From Phoronis australis (taxonomy: Eukaryota > Animalia > Phoronida), in the NCBI GenBank assembly GCA_002633005.1, contig NMRA01000097.1:260686-324685 (forward strand): a DNA stretch of 64,000 nt, written 5' to 3'. The notes beneath the pieces were generated by a model that had not been told where the DNA came from, made no database searches, and saw only the letters and a program-made list of their open reading frames with translations. Shown in pieces: positions 25,586 through 38,349 of the stretch (positions are counted from its first letter, which is position 1; each line of letters starts with the position of its first letter). A program made the position numbers and the translations under genes.

Positions 25586-27440
25586 CGGAAGATTTTATTT
25601 GGATTTGGTACAGATGGGAGTTTAGGGTCGGTAAACTTTTAGTGTCCGACTTTTCTAATATGGTTATCAGTCATCGGCAAATTCGTCTGCCTGTGGCTTA
25701 AAATACACGGGATACATGTAGGATTAGTACTTAATACGAAGGGAAGTATTATAGCCCTGTTCAGCTAGCCAAGATGCCTATTACTACGAGCACATTGCCT
25801 ACAAAACTGTGGCAAGTGCATTTTGATGGATTTGCTGATGGCCTATTCGCTGCAAAATTATCACTAGATTACATGCATAGTTTAAGAGTTCCCACCATGC
25901 ATTTTCTTATTTGTTGAGGTTTCATTTAGCTAATATGAAGTGAATACCATGAAATCGAAAAAAAATATTCATTTTGTTATGCAAAATAGACGCAATTTTT
26001 TATGTTTTTTTAGAAAGTTCGTTATTTCCAATTTTCCCTCGAGGTGATGTATAATGGGTGGAAGACGTTTGGTCATCTTGCAATCAATTGCAATGGCGGA
26101 ACACATCAGATAAGAAGACGTGGATAATTTTGAGCAAGAACTGGGCAACAATTATGCAATAGAGACACTTAACAATCACTGTCAAAGGCATCAATAAACC
26201 TAGGTCACTCGTATTCAAAACTGTGATGATGGAATGAGCACGGTCGAAACACAATACATGTACATTATTTAGCCTACATGTACATGTCGTACTACTCGAT
26301 CTGGGCTGGCGATGAGGGCCTGGCATCACTCGCCTTAGAATTGAACCGGTTTTATCCGTTGCTTATAAAATTTGCAAATACTCTTACACAGTGGCAAGTC
26401 CTTCATCGTAACGCCGCTTTTGTGTTTGGTCAAAACATGATTCCTTAAATAGTGCTAAACAAATGGTGGCTACCGACCGATTTTCATGCTCCCCACTTCC
26501 ATTCCACACTCTTGTATGGCGCACACACCGATCCCAATTCTATGCAACTTTTACGTCTTTAAGAAATTCGAACACATATAGGTTCTTGGTTCATTTTCTG
26601 TTAATATAATCCCCACAAATGCACCTTTTCATGTCTGAAGAAAGAGAGTCTCCGCGAATCTTCCTCACAACTCCTCAGTAACGCATTGGTAAAAAACAAA
26701 AGTCACTGACGGAGACCGTCTTCCACTGTTTACATGCCTTCCCGATAACAGAAAAAGTTGTTTTTAATGTTTGATTTGTTTCTGAGCAATAGGTATACTA
26801 AAATCTATCAAATTTATTAAGGTGTATTAATAAAATTTATCTGAGACACAGGGTCATGGTGGGAACTATTTAATGAAAGCACTGTTTTTTGGATGAATCA
26901 GAGGAAAGCACGTGCAATCTCATTGCATTGAAATGAAACATCCCTCTACGTTATTGGCATGTCGCATGCACCTGCTCTGCCGTACTTCAAATGTATTATT
27001 TAGACAGATGGTATAATTAAACAGTGATGGATTGTCATATCTTTAAATATTTTGATGGTGGAAGAGTATTTTGCATTCAAGGTGGCTTTATATATGTAAC
27101 CGTTTTGTGCAACTGTCTACTTTGGGACGACATGGGGTCAAAATTGCAACTTCTCTACACTGAATAAAAAAGGCGATACCATTGAAGCAACATTGTACCA
27201 GATGTTGAATGCATTGAAACGGAAGGGAAACTGGTGTTATTAATTTCTCAGATTTTGTTTCAACTAAGATGTTACAAACTGACCGTGCTATCAGGGGAGT
27301 CTTCGTCTAGACGTACGCGCGTCACGGCGCCTTTTCGACAAAGTACATGTGAGCTGCAAAGTACATTCCCGTCCACTTACTTAATCCAGTTCCATCATGA
27401 GTTTTGTCAACAACAGCGGGGTCCCAGTGGGCGTAAATAC

Positions 27441-27627
27441 AGCACACATCACGAATTTTTGGCCGACCGGTCGGAAATTGGTCGACGACCGGCCGTCGAC
27501 CGGTCGTCTAGCCGACCAGCAGCCGACCAACAACGGTCGGCTAGGAGCCGTCTACTGAGTCGCCTCTGTGGTCGGCACTTGGGTCGGCTAAGTGGTCGCC
27601 TAGCGTAGACGACCAATTCGGATTAAG
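27441..27627. mobile_element. End of a GC-rich TIR element with GTCGAC/CCGACCGGTCGG repeats, inserted into a copy of domain 2 exon b
   Basis: The sequence diverges from the exon after GCGTAAATAC into palindromic repeats and ends at the N at 27628. Confidence 0.55.
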
Positions 27628-27678
27628 NCTTTTCGACAAAGTACATGTGAGCTGCAAAGTACATTCCCGTCCACTTAC

Positions 27679-27880
27679 TTAATCCAGTTCCATCATGAGT
27701 TTTGTCAACAACAGCGGGGTCCCAGTGGGCGTAAATACCATCTATGGCACCGGGGCTTGGTCAATCATGGCCGTCAAAACGAATAAAGTAGCGCAGAATG
27801 CCATATTGGCTCAAGCAGATGTTAGATTGAAACAGAACGCGTATGGCAGAGTCCGCCGCTCTCTTAAAGTAGTGGTACGT
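27679..27880 (-). CDS. CTHRC1-like domain 2, exon b (in-frame TGA at 27761-27763)
   Basis: TTCCAG|ACG...TTAA|GTAAGT, 202 nt, phase 0->1. Encodes TYHYFKRAADSAIRVLFQSNICLSQYGILRYFIRFDGHD*PSPGAIDGIYAHWDPAVVDKTHDGTGL; the TGA aligns with the Cys of FNGAEC. Confidence 0.8.
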
Positions 27881-29857
27881 CTGGAATACAGCAGGATACA
27901 GTGTGAGCCAAGAAACGCTGCAAAGACATTTATAGGAAGAGGGTTACGTACAGTTACCCCAAAAGGCTTTTGCTCCATCGACATTTTATCGGAAGAAACA
28001 ACTATTAAGACATACATTTCAAAACTAGTTTGAGTGGATGTTATTGCTACCTAAACAACAATGTTGTTATTCATGGCGGTTATAAATTCACTTTAGTGTC
28101 CACCGTTTCGATGGACGAGTTTACAGCCAACGACATAAGCTGTCAATCACTCGAGTACATTGGTCACTCGAGATACATGATGATGACGATGCTTGCAGTC
28201 GTTCCCCTGTACAAAACCTTCAATATTATGTTGACTACAGCCATGCCATTCAACGATATTACGTAAATATACATTGAGCAGATTTGAATCTACGGAGCAC
28301 GCTAAACACTTTTCACTGGTGGCATACCGCACAACCTCTGAAAGCTTGACAAATCCAGTAACATAGTGCGCAGAATCGAACACCATCAAATGGCAATTCG
28401 CCTAATCGAACCAGCAAGTGTAAATTTTAGGATTTTTTGACAGTACTGTTCAAGCTGGACATTTTGAAGGGTGCATTACATCAATAGGAGTTGTTGTACC
28501 CCAAAAGTCATTGTTCATTAATATAATGCGGCCATGAAATTTTTTTCTCTGACCGAAATTGTACTGATACTTTGGTCAACATTAAGAAGCCAAAAAATAA
28601 AATCAAAGCCCATTAATTTTTAGGTTAAGATGGAAGTTTATCTAAATATAGCAATTTGATTTCTAAAATTTGATAGATTTTTCAAAACACATGTACTATG
28701 CAGGTATATCTTGTTAACAAACGAAATAGTGGATTAAGTTTTGGGTCAATCAACAACTCTCCTGCAGTAGTGCGTCTGGAATACAGCGCAAGGCTTTGAC
28801 AATGCAAGGAAAATAGCGAAGCAATTGGCAGGTAAGACCAAAAATGTTATCCAAGTTTTTTTTCTTCTTGGATAAATATTTTAATGACCCTGAACGTGTA
28901 GAATACCTGGGAAGTAAACCAATGACAACTTCTTTAGAGTAAACTGTGGAAATTGGTGACCTAACGTTGAAATGATGTACGGAAGTCGGCCAATGAAATG
29001 TAAAAATTCATGGGACCTTTATTACACTAACTTTACTGTCATGGTGATGACCCCCGTCTGCTCTCAATCTAGTGCAGATGTGTAAACATCAACCTAGTGA
29101 ACACTGAGTTGGGCAAATGGACAAGCCGATATTCACCAGGCCTAGGTGGTGTTCATAAAGAATTGTTTCTCCGTTTAGCATATGTTGGAATGCCGTGCAG
29201 ATACCGACGGTTAAGAAGAGTAAAGTCGAATAAAGTAAAACAAGGAGCGTCGTTACTAAAATATATTAAAACATCTCCCACCTTTCGAGCGATATATTTT
29301 TATCAAGGTCGTGACACAGACTGCCGATTAGATAGATATGCAAGTGCTGTATAAAGTAGCGGTTATCTGTGCTACTTTATATCTATCAGTTCTGAAGCCT
29401 GCATCATGCCCTTGATAAATAGCGTACCACTAAAAACATGGGAAATGTTTTGATATATTTTAGTACGTGCTTTTAATTTATACATGTACATGCATTACTT
29501 AACCTCTGAATAGATCGAGTGAACCTTGTTATACTATAGCCGCCGCCCAGCGAAGTTTGAGTCGCCGACCGACACGAGACTGCGGTTTCAAACGCCAACT
29601 TGAGTACATGTACATATATGTGTAACTAGTAAGAGTGAACACATCGATTCATGTGCATTACCCTCAAAAACAAGTACATGAGAGCAGGAGCTGTGCAACT
29701 CCATTGTTCTCTAAATGCATGGACAAGATTGTCCAACGGTTGTTTGCATGTCATTTCAAGTAAGTTCAGCATTAATAAAAGCTCAATGTTATTCATGAGA
29801 ACCAGCTTTTAACGGCGTTGGAATGTATTGATAAATTGTCAGGGATTTTGGTATTAG

Positions 29858-32800
29858 CAGGAAGAGATTACCAGGAAGGGACAACTGTTTTAGCGCATTT
29901 TAACGTGTTTTCAAAGGCAATTTCAAAAGTAAATGTTAAAGTCGTCTAGAATCCAAGCATTGTGTTTGAAAGCTTAACTCTTTAGCTATAAAATGACACC
30001 ACTTTGGTCCCCAAAGACTGCATATTAATAATACTAGGATGCTTGAATATGACTTGTTTTACCCTTCCAAAAGATGCCTCTTCCCAGGCATGTACTCGGG
30101 CATGATCCTCTTTTTTGAACCAACAGATGTCACTAATATATGCAAATGAGACTCGCATCTCCTACGTCATATGACGTCATACTACGCGAGCTTCGAATTT
30201 GAACCCTCAGGTGCCTATAGTGAATGACACAGTTCTACCTGATTGGCAGATCTAAGAAAATTACTGAAGAACTCACACAAGTCAATGTTCAAAGAACATT
30301 GATTGGTTTCACATGAAAATACATTTAATTGTATTTGGATACGCTTGCATGTGTGTATGCGTGGACTTCGTCATTTCAGTGCTTAAATCCAGATTTAGAA
30401 GCAGGTGTTAGTCAAGAAATTAGCTGCTGGAAAACCACAGTGGCCGGTGTCGCGGCGTAGCTGGGAAGTCTGATCCATGCATGCGCAATTCGACGAACTA
30501 ATGCTAGTCGCTGGTCAGCTCTGCTATGATTCATTCCTTGTTGAAACACGGCCACTGGTCCAGCTTCTGCCGGCGGGCGGCTGGGGAAAATGAACGCGTG
30601 TCCCAAAAATGCACACACTTCAACCCCTCAGTGCAGTTCAAGTTCTTTTCCCGTCAATCACTGTGCGCGGATTCTACGCTGGCAGCCTACTGCATGACTA
30701 CACCTTATTTTTAACGTGGGTGCGTCACTGCCGAGTCACGACATGTCCAGCCTTTGCAGTATGCACGGGAATGGCAAGCAAACGATTCGGTTCTTAGAAG
30801 AACCTAAATTCATTGCACAATACTACTGGGAACTACAAGCATTCCAAATTGATGAGCAATTACTTAACTTCTTTTTCGATCTACGGTGTGGAAATTTTTG
30901 AATTTCATTAGTCTAGTTTTTAATTCAATAAATCATTTAGAGCTGCCCGATATTCATGAATATCACTGTTATCGTTTAGTATCCTTCTTTGCGACCCTAT
31001 GGTGGTCTGATGATGGATCGAATTCTTGCAAGTCAGCCTTCAGGCTTCAACTAATCAGTGACGCACCGCCATTTCTTACAAGACAGCTACTGTGCTGTGC
31101 ACGAATGTTTTGTGTTTTTGATGAATTTGGAATCTCAACTTCCCCTCGTGAGTAGTTGGCAGTGTCATGCCGGAGATGTATAGAGGGCGCAGTACTGAAA
31201 AAAGTGTGGGAGCNGTGCACCTAACGCCTATGGACCACTGAAAAACTTGGACTGAATTAATACGCTCCGCAAAACTTTTGCTTTACAAATTTTCTCGAAT
31301 TTTCGAAATACATGTATGAATGATTAGGTGCACATTTTCGAGGGCGCTTAGACGACCTACGCTGCAAAAACGGAGACCCTAACAACAGTTGTCCTGGACA
31401 GGACCCTCAAATAGTAAACCATACACTGATACCCAGTTGTCAATGTTCTCTTGATTTTTTTCTCTGATCAGTATTCGAAGTCTTTCTTTTTTGTCTTTCC
31501 CCAGCCCCACACCTTTGTCGGCTGCCATGGTTTGACCCTGAAGCATGCAATTTTTTTGGGGTGGCACTCGCCCTCCCCCCGCTTACTAAGGTCCTGATCG
31601 AGTCCATCTTTGGTCCAAGGTCAATGTTGTGTTTCAACACGCACTCGTTGTATAGCTTGAGCATTAAATTGAAGGTTTAAGAAATACAGGATCATTTTTG
31701 CGCATTTAATTGTGCGCGTAAAAGGGTTATGGATTCGTACTGAATTTGTTGCTGCAACTTGTCTCATGGGTCTGTACCCGGCACGTGACGCAAGTCGACT
31801 GTAGCAAAGTGGCCAGTGAAAATGTAAGGCAGCACCAGGCCAGTGGGCGTGTGTGACAACTCGGATTTCTACTCTCTTACTATGAAAACCATTGAATGGC
31901 AATTACCAGCACCTGCAAACAAGAATTTTGAAGTATGGAGAATTTAAACAGGAGTTAGCTGTAGACTTGGTGGCGAAGCTGCCGACATTCCAGCCACGGT
32001 TACTGCCGGTCCTTCGAAGCAATTATAGCACATATACAGAATTTTTTAAGAATGGCAAGGGTGCGTTTTGTGTTGACGGAAATGTCCATGGCGTCGAGGA
32101 AATTGAGGCATTTAATGATGAACAACTGTTGTGGCTTAATTTGGAAAAACACCTAGCAAAACTAACTTCCAAGTATGCATACTGTGGCGGAATTAAGAAA
32201 TACGATTATGGTAGTGCTAATTGTAGCAGAGCCACAAAGTGGGCTAAAATGGTAGGAAATTAGGCATAACATTTCTGTAGCAGACAAAAGGTTGTTTGGC
32301 GCAGGAGAAGGCCGATGTCTTCAATGCTCAGAAAAATTTCGGCAGGCAAGACTTGCCACGAAAACGGCACAGTTGAGTCCGGGCATTCTAAAGGAAAGAA
32401 CTGCAGCCAATTCCAATTATTCGGTGCAACTTCTCTCACCCGACGGCGTTGTTTCACGATACCGCAACCTCAAACAACGTCAAAGAAACGAAACGCGGAG
32501 GGTGAGATATTACAGAGTATTAATATTTATTCTTGGATACAGGTATCTATCTCAAAATGAATTCCCCACGGTCATTCTTTATGCCGATAGCAATGTTTTC
32601 GTCAACTAGGTGAAGAAGAACAGGAATCATAGACAACCCGCGCGCTCCTTCTATGGTTCTGACACTTCAAACTTTTGTCAACATGATAGGTAGCCGCAGA
32701 CAGTTCGATGTTGACCTCATTCTAATCTTCCCTGCAATCCACTGTCAGGGGACGAAAACAATTCAAAGTCCGCTCCTCGAAATAGGGCTTGCTTAACTGG

Positions 32801-33275
32801 AATTCAGAACTGCGGTCATGAGAGTGTTTTCACCTAATGATTGCGAAGCGATCGAGTTCGTTGTGATATCTTCATCAGCGCGTGCTCTCAGCGGGAGGTC
32901 ACCGCTTTATTCACTCAAGGGCTTGACCAACAACTGACGAGAGTCTCAGAACTACCACATGCAAATTTGATATGCAAATGAGGGAGTACTTGACTACTGC
33001 GCCATCTATACATCGACGGAAAGGCTAAATACCCGTGACTGCGTGTGGGAAGTTGCGATTGAGTGCGCTGAAGTCGATATTTTCAAAGTACAATTACACC
33101 ATTGTTTAAGGTTGCAAAGTGACTTTTTTGATATCCTTCTATAGAAAAAGCTTTAATCTCTGTTATAAAATCATCTGTTTCCTTTTAACCGAAACGTACG
33201 TCCTGAAATTAATCCGGGGAAGGAGGCCAAAAACGGCGGTTTAGCTAGTTGTCCCTTCCTGGTTATCTCTTCCTG
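29858..33275. mobile_element. P-element-like DNA transposon (defective)
   Basis: TIRs CAGGAAGAGATTACCAGGAAGGGACAACT / AGTTGTCCCTTCCTGGTTATCTCTTCCTG with a perfect 7-bp TSD GTATTAG. A frameshifted plus-strand coding relic lies at 31892-32520 (CLQC...ERTAANSNYSVQLLSP...RYRNLK). N at 31214. Confidence 0.8.
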
Positions 33276-33806
33276 GTATTAGGTACGTTGCAAGGCCACA
33301 CACTTGTAAATTAAGTCAACAGCAGGGGCAGTAAAAGTATATCTACTCATTAACGAAAATTAGTTAACCCATTGCAATTGCAAATCCTTGCTATCGCTAA
33401 TCACCCCTGCATCTGGGGGCCAGCAAACATAAGATCTGGGGAATAAAAGCTTCCTTCTCTAAGCAACGCAAATTATTCACTCACTCTTGACATCTGAGTA
33501 TATTATCAAGTACTGTTTTCGCCAAATACTCGCTGTATGGTAGTTTAACAGAAATATGCATTTATGGCGAGGTCCCTTATAGCGCAGTGCAATAACCTGT
33601 TTGCTCATTCTACTTAATTTTACACCACGCGAGGGCGCACCCGTTGCGCATGCACAACTCGAAACAGTGGACTCCTTTATTGAAAGAGCTAGCGGCTAGA
33701 TCCGTTATCTGTTGACGTGTTTTGATTCCTTACTCTTTGGCATGAGCTGTCATCTCTACCGTCGTTCACTTAAAGCACGCAGTTCTCCATATGCGTTGTC
33801 CCTTAC

Positions 33807-33889
33807 GTAAAGGAGGCCGTTGTCCGCTTCATTCGCACCAGTCCACGTGTATTGTTTGATGTTGAATCTGGATAGCTTTGGACAGGTTC
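33807..33889 (-). CDS. CTHRC1-like domain 2, exon a
   Basis: CCCTATAG|GA...TAC|GTAAGG, 83 nt, phase 1->0. Encodes TCPKLSRFNIKQYTWTGANEADNGLLY (NxKQxxW...DxG motif). Not in the ORF track. Confidence 0.8.
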
Positions 33890-35379
33890 CTATAGGGAAA
33901 AATCACCTCTGTCATAATACTGAAGAATAAAGTTGTGCGGAAACGTCACTCTACCGATCATCAGCTGCTAAATACATTTTAAAAGCAAAACCAAATATAA
34001 TTAAATGCCTAAGCGCTTGTAGACATGCACCTCACTGAAGGGGTACTGCGGCAGATCTACGTTTTCAATAATGGATGGTTATTATTCAAGCGAATCCGAG
34101 GCGCTTAGTGCCGACCGGTGGAAAGCCCTCCCGTGAAAGCTTTTTTGTTTGTTTTTGTAGCTGATTTAGTTTTCCTGGCGACGTATTTTTCATTTTTGAT
34201 CCTGTCTCGGGGGTTAAATCCACCGAACCCCCGATGGATCCGCCTCTGGTGTAAGCAGAAACAAGGCGAAGAGGACAGCTACGGCGTGAAATATGAATTG
34301 CAGGACTAGGGCCAAGGAAAATATCGGAGGAGGGGCAGCAGGAGGAAGAACGGGAGGTAGGTACGAACGGCAAGTTTGAACGAGTCGACGGACGGACCGA
34401 TGATGAGAGAAAAATGCAAAATACGAAGGCCATGGAGACGATAAAGTCGAATGGAAAATTATCCGTAAGCTTTTTTGGTGTGCGACAAAGGACCACTATA
34501 CATGTTCAGACACCCCAGAGCATTCAGTATACATGGACGACGCACATATTCCGAGGTCCAACCACAGCGCACTTAGATTTTACCATATCACTTATAGAAA
34601 TGGGTGTAAGCCGCTGTCAGCATTCTGGATTTGACCTTGGCACCACAAATTGAGCTAGATACATGTATTGCCGGGTTGTAATCTTGACAAACGAATACTT
34701 TTAATACGTAAATTTAGACAGTCGTAATGTAAAATTCCGTTTTTTGTTTGCAATTGGGTTTTCAAGCACTGCAGGTAGATTACTTTGAGTCTATGCAACG
34801 GTCCTCAACAGTTTGATATAAGTTTCCTGACGAGGCGACGCACAGGACTAGCCGTCATTTCGGCTTTCAAATTAGCATCACGGTAGATCAGTTTTTCACT
34901 AAAACAGCAAACGTTTTGGACAAATTTGGCCAGTCGGGCTTTTGATTGGCTTTGCTCTAAATCTACTTTTTCGTGAGGGTGCCCCCCAGTATTATTGTAA
35001 TCATGAGTGGGGCGCTCGTCTCTAACCCCTGTGTCCAGATTCCTGCGTCGACATTTGATATTGAACGAGTATTTCCTTCAAAGTGGTGTGGTGTGGCCGG
35101 AGGGACACTGCCAATGTCAACCCCATGTCGGCAAAAACTTACGATGTGGACGACACTTACATTGTACGATGTCAACAGTACTCAAGATGTCATGGGACGA
35201 GAGAGCGACACCTTTGCTAAATATCGTACTCTGTTGCTACATACATGTAATGACTTTGACTGGGTTGTCTCTGTCTTCAGATTTGCAATGCATAAAGCTT
35301 GATAGCTAGTAATTCCGTATAATGCACAGTACAGCAAAACGTAATTTGACCATCAAAGTTGTTGTTAAACTTGCCTTAC

Positions 35380-35547
35380 CTGGGCAATGTCCCCATGTTT
35401 GGTCGTTGTCGTAATTAGATGTGGTCGCACACCACGGTTGACTGCGATCCTCCCTAATGCATGCACTGTACGACAGGCCCTTGTAAACGAACGGGAACTT
35501 GCAAGATGAACCACCAGCATTACCGCCATAAGTTGGCAGGTCGGTAT
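35380..35547 (-). CDS. Fibronectin type II domain exon
   Basis: CCACAG|AT...CCAG|GTAAGG, 168 nt, symmetric phase 1-1. TYGGNAGGSSCKFPFVYKGLSYSACIREDRSQPWCATTSNYDNDQTWGHC is a canonical FN2 signature with 4 Cys. Confidence 0.92.
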
Positions 35548-38349
35548 CTGTGGAAAGTATTGTCTCAATACGTTTCATGAGGTACCTTTAATATACATCC
35601 ACGAGTAGATCAGACAAAAATGATCAAATCTATGTGGCTTAATTTCTTGAGGGTTGTCTGATTGCAGTGGTATCCACTTCCATTCTTTAGTGCGCGCTAC
35701 CTTGAGCTTGCTAAGGCAGCAAGGTATTTTTCTGCCAAATTCAAGCCCTTTTGCAGCTACAATTTGGCACAGGAGCCCCCGTTTGGCGTAAAGAGTAAAA
35801 CGGTCCGCCTCAGAGAAACAGAAAATCTGAGAAAACACGACAAACATCCACTAAAAAGGCGAAGGCGCACGGTTCACAGACCTTAAGGTAGTACCCCGTT
35901 ATTTTGTTTAAGTCCTCCCGCCTTTTTTGTTAGCAAAAGCGTCACTTCGTCAGAGATTCGAGCCCTCCATATTAAAGGTTGGGTGCGCGCATGTTTTGGG
36001 TATTTACCTTAAAAGCAAGTGCACACGATGAAATACTGCCACTATATCTCTGAGTTAAGGTATCTTGAAACGTTTCAGCCATAAAAATATTACATATTCC
36101 AGTCACATCTTAGCTATGTTTGAAAGCTACACATTTAGATGCTCGATGGTGATTTTGAAATGTTGAAAATTGACCAAGTTCCTGCAACAAAACGATATTC
36201 GTTTTTTAGACTGAGCTTAGCTCAACGAAAAACATACAACTATAGGCACTTCTTCATATCGCATCAAGCTCTCGAAGTAGGGTACATGAACATCATCGCA
36301 ATGGCAGACTGACCAATATATCCATACCCAAGCATGTATGCAAGGTGTTTCAAAATAAAGCTTTGAATTATTAATTCTACCACTTCAAAAGTATCAAATG
36401 CATTATATTTCAGAAGCAAATCAGATTTTAGACAAAAGAAGAAATAATGCAACAAAGCGTTGTATTTTCCTCGGTCCTTGACGATAATTCTGATTGGAAG
36501 TGCACGTAATTCATTAAAATTTGAGAAACATAAATGTTTATAGCTTGCATAGGTAGGCCTGGGCCTCGTTCCAAAGTTTAAATTACAACTTTGCAATGAT
36601 AAAGTTCCAGCTCCTTGCACTGTTGCTCTTGAAATACATAGCTCCATAGATTTAAATCACAAAGGTTATGGCTTTGAAGTACAGTGTAATCTAACTACTC
36701 TGGCATCATGTCATATGCGTGAGCAAATTACTACGCGTATCACCAAGGACAGGTCAGGACCAGAAAATGAATGTCGTTTTCTGTTTGAATGGTATTCCTT
36801 ACTTCATACATGAAAATTCCCTCATCCTTGGTTAGAAGGTTGTGTAGAAATCTAACAAGTGGGATATTAATATGTCAAACAACTGCAAATTCGACTGACA
36901 CTTAAAGGCACGTGACTAATGGGTTAGATTATAAGATTAATCATAATAGTTGTTCTTATTAAAATGTGCAAAGTCGGTTAATTTTGGTCCGATGCATATC
37001 AATTCAGTGTAGAATAAGAAGAGCTGTATGGGGCGAGAAGTGGGGCAAACGTGAATCATCGGTCAAAACAAAAAAATCAGGCGACGGAGCACTCGATGGA
37101 AAAAAATAGGAGACATATAGAAATTGTATGGGTGGGACTGAATTTTTTTGGTAGAAAAGCTACGATGGGAGAAAACTGATGTCGCAAACAATTTTTTCGT
37201 ATGCTTGTCTTTCAGGCAATTCTATTCAATGTGACTTGCGAACAGCCACGCCCAGCTCTGCCTTTGGAAACCAATATACTTTCTTTCTTCCCAAAAACAC
37301 CGCGTCGCGGATTTGACATCAAATCCCCTGGTGCGACCATTGTAAAAATGGCCATTTGCCGATTACGGAAACTGAACGACGGACTGTTCGAAAAAGTTGA
37401 TTATGGGAGTGTTTGGGTTATGTCTGGATTCTTGTGAAGCCACAGCATATTGTTATGTTTGCTAATAATTCCACTTTGTTTTAGGTCTCCATCGGCTTGG
37501 CGGTGTACTTGGGAGTACATCGACATTGAGACACTCACCACAGTGGTGGCATTGGGCTGTCTACAACCACAATGGTAGAGCTTCATATGTATCATTGTTT
37601 AGTTCAAAAATACTGCGTGAGTTTAAAACAAGATAAAAACGTCGTTGGCTTAGCCAATGTGCTTGCACGCTTGAACAAGAACCTCAGAAATCCATGTAGC
37701 CATTTGTTTAAGCCAGTGTAGGATTCTTGGTTCTGTTGTAACTTGGAAAAGGTAGACGCAAAAGTATGTTGATCAGATAAATATAATTTAAAGTCTAATC
37801 GTGGTTGTGTCTGTTGAATTCCCGTGTAATAGTATTAAGGCGACATTTCAGGACAGTGCTACAGACTGTTAAGTAGAAATATGAAAAGCACTGAGCATTA
37901 TGTAGAGTTCCGCATTGCCTTATCAGACTAACCACATGCATATAAACAAGTTGATAAAATAATGGGAACTGAAATTTATCGTAGTTGCCAATAGTAGCAT
38001 CACCTTAAGTTTAGACTGAGATACGGCTTCAAATAAAAATTTACCATCTACGATATCTGGTTGTTAGCCTAAAGTCCAACTTTTATTAAACGCATTAGAT
38101 GTAAATTTCGTGATACATGTATGCACGGTTTGCTTTAGGTTGTGACTGTATTGTATGTTACCATTGTGACGGGACGTTCGTAACTTTACGCTTATTGTTA
38201 TTCTTATTTACTTGCAAATGTTCAGTTATCCTGATGCTAATGTCTTTGTTGCGTCTCAGTGCGCCTTTGTTACGTGGGCATGCGGGCGCGACTGTATGTG
38301 TCGGGCACTTCGCTACCGACAGGCTTAGGAGAAGGGTGTTTCCTTCCTT

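Noticed and set aside
25730-26340. Crypton-like element (MAEHIR*EDVDNFEQE)
   Set aside because: Only a vague resemblance; no tyrosine recombinase motifs or defined ends.
28147-28389. Cys-containing minus-strand ORF as an additional exon
   Set aside because: No recognisable domain and no convincing donor; the flanking exons already join in phase without it.
35161-35230. Extra exon between FN2 and domain 2
   Set aside because: It has a good GTAAGT donor, but the phase-1 frame required after the FN2 exon hits TAG.
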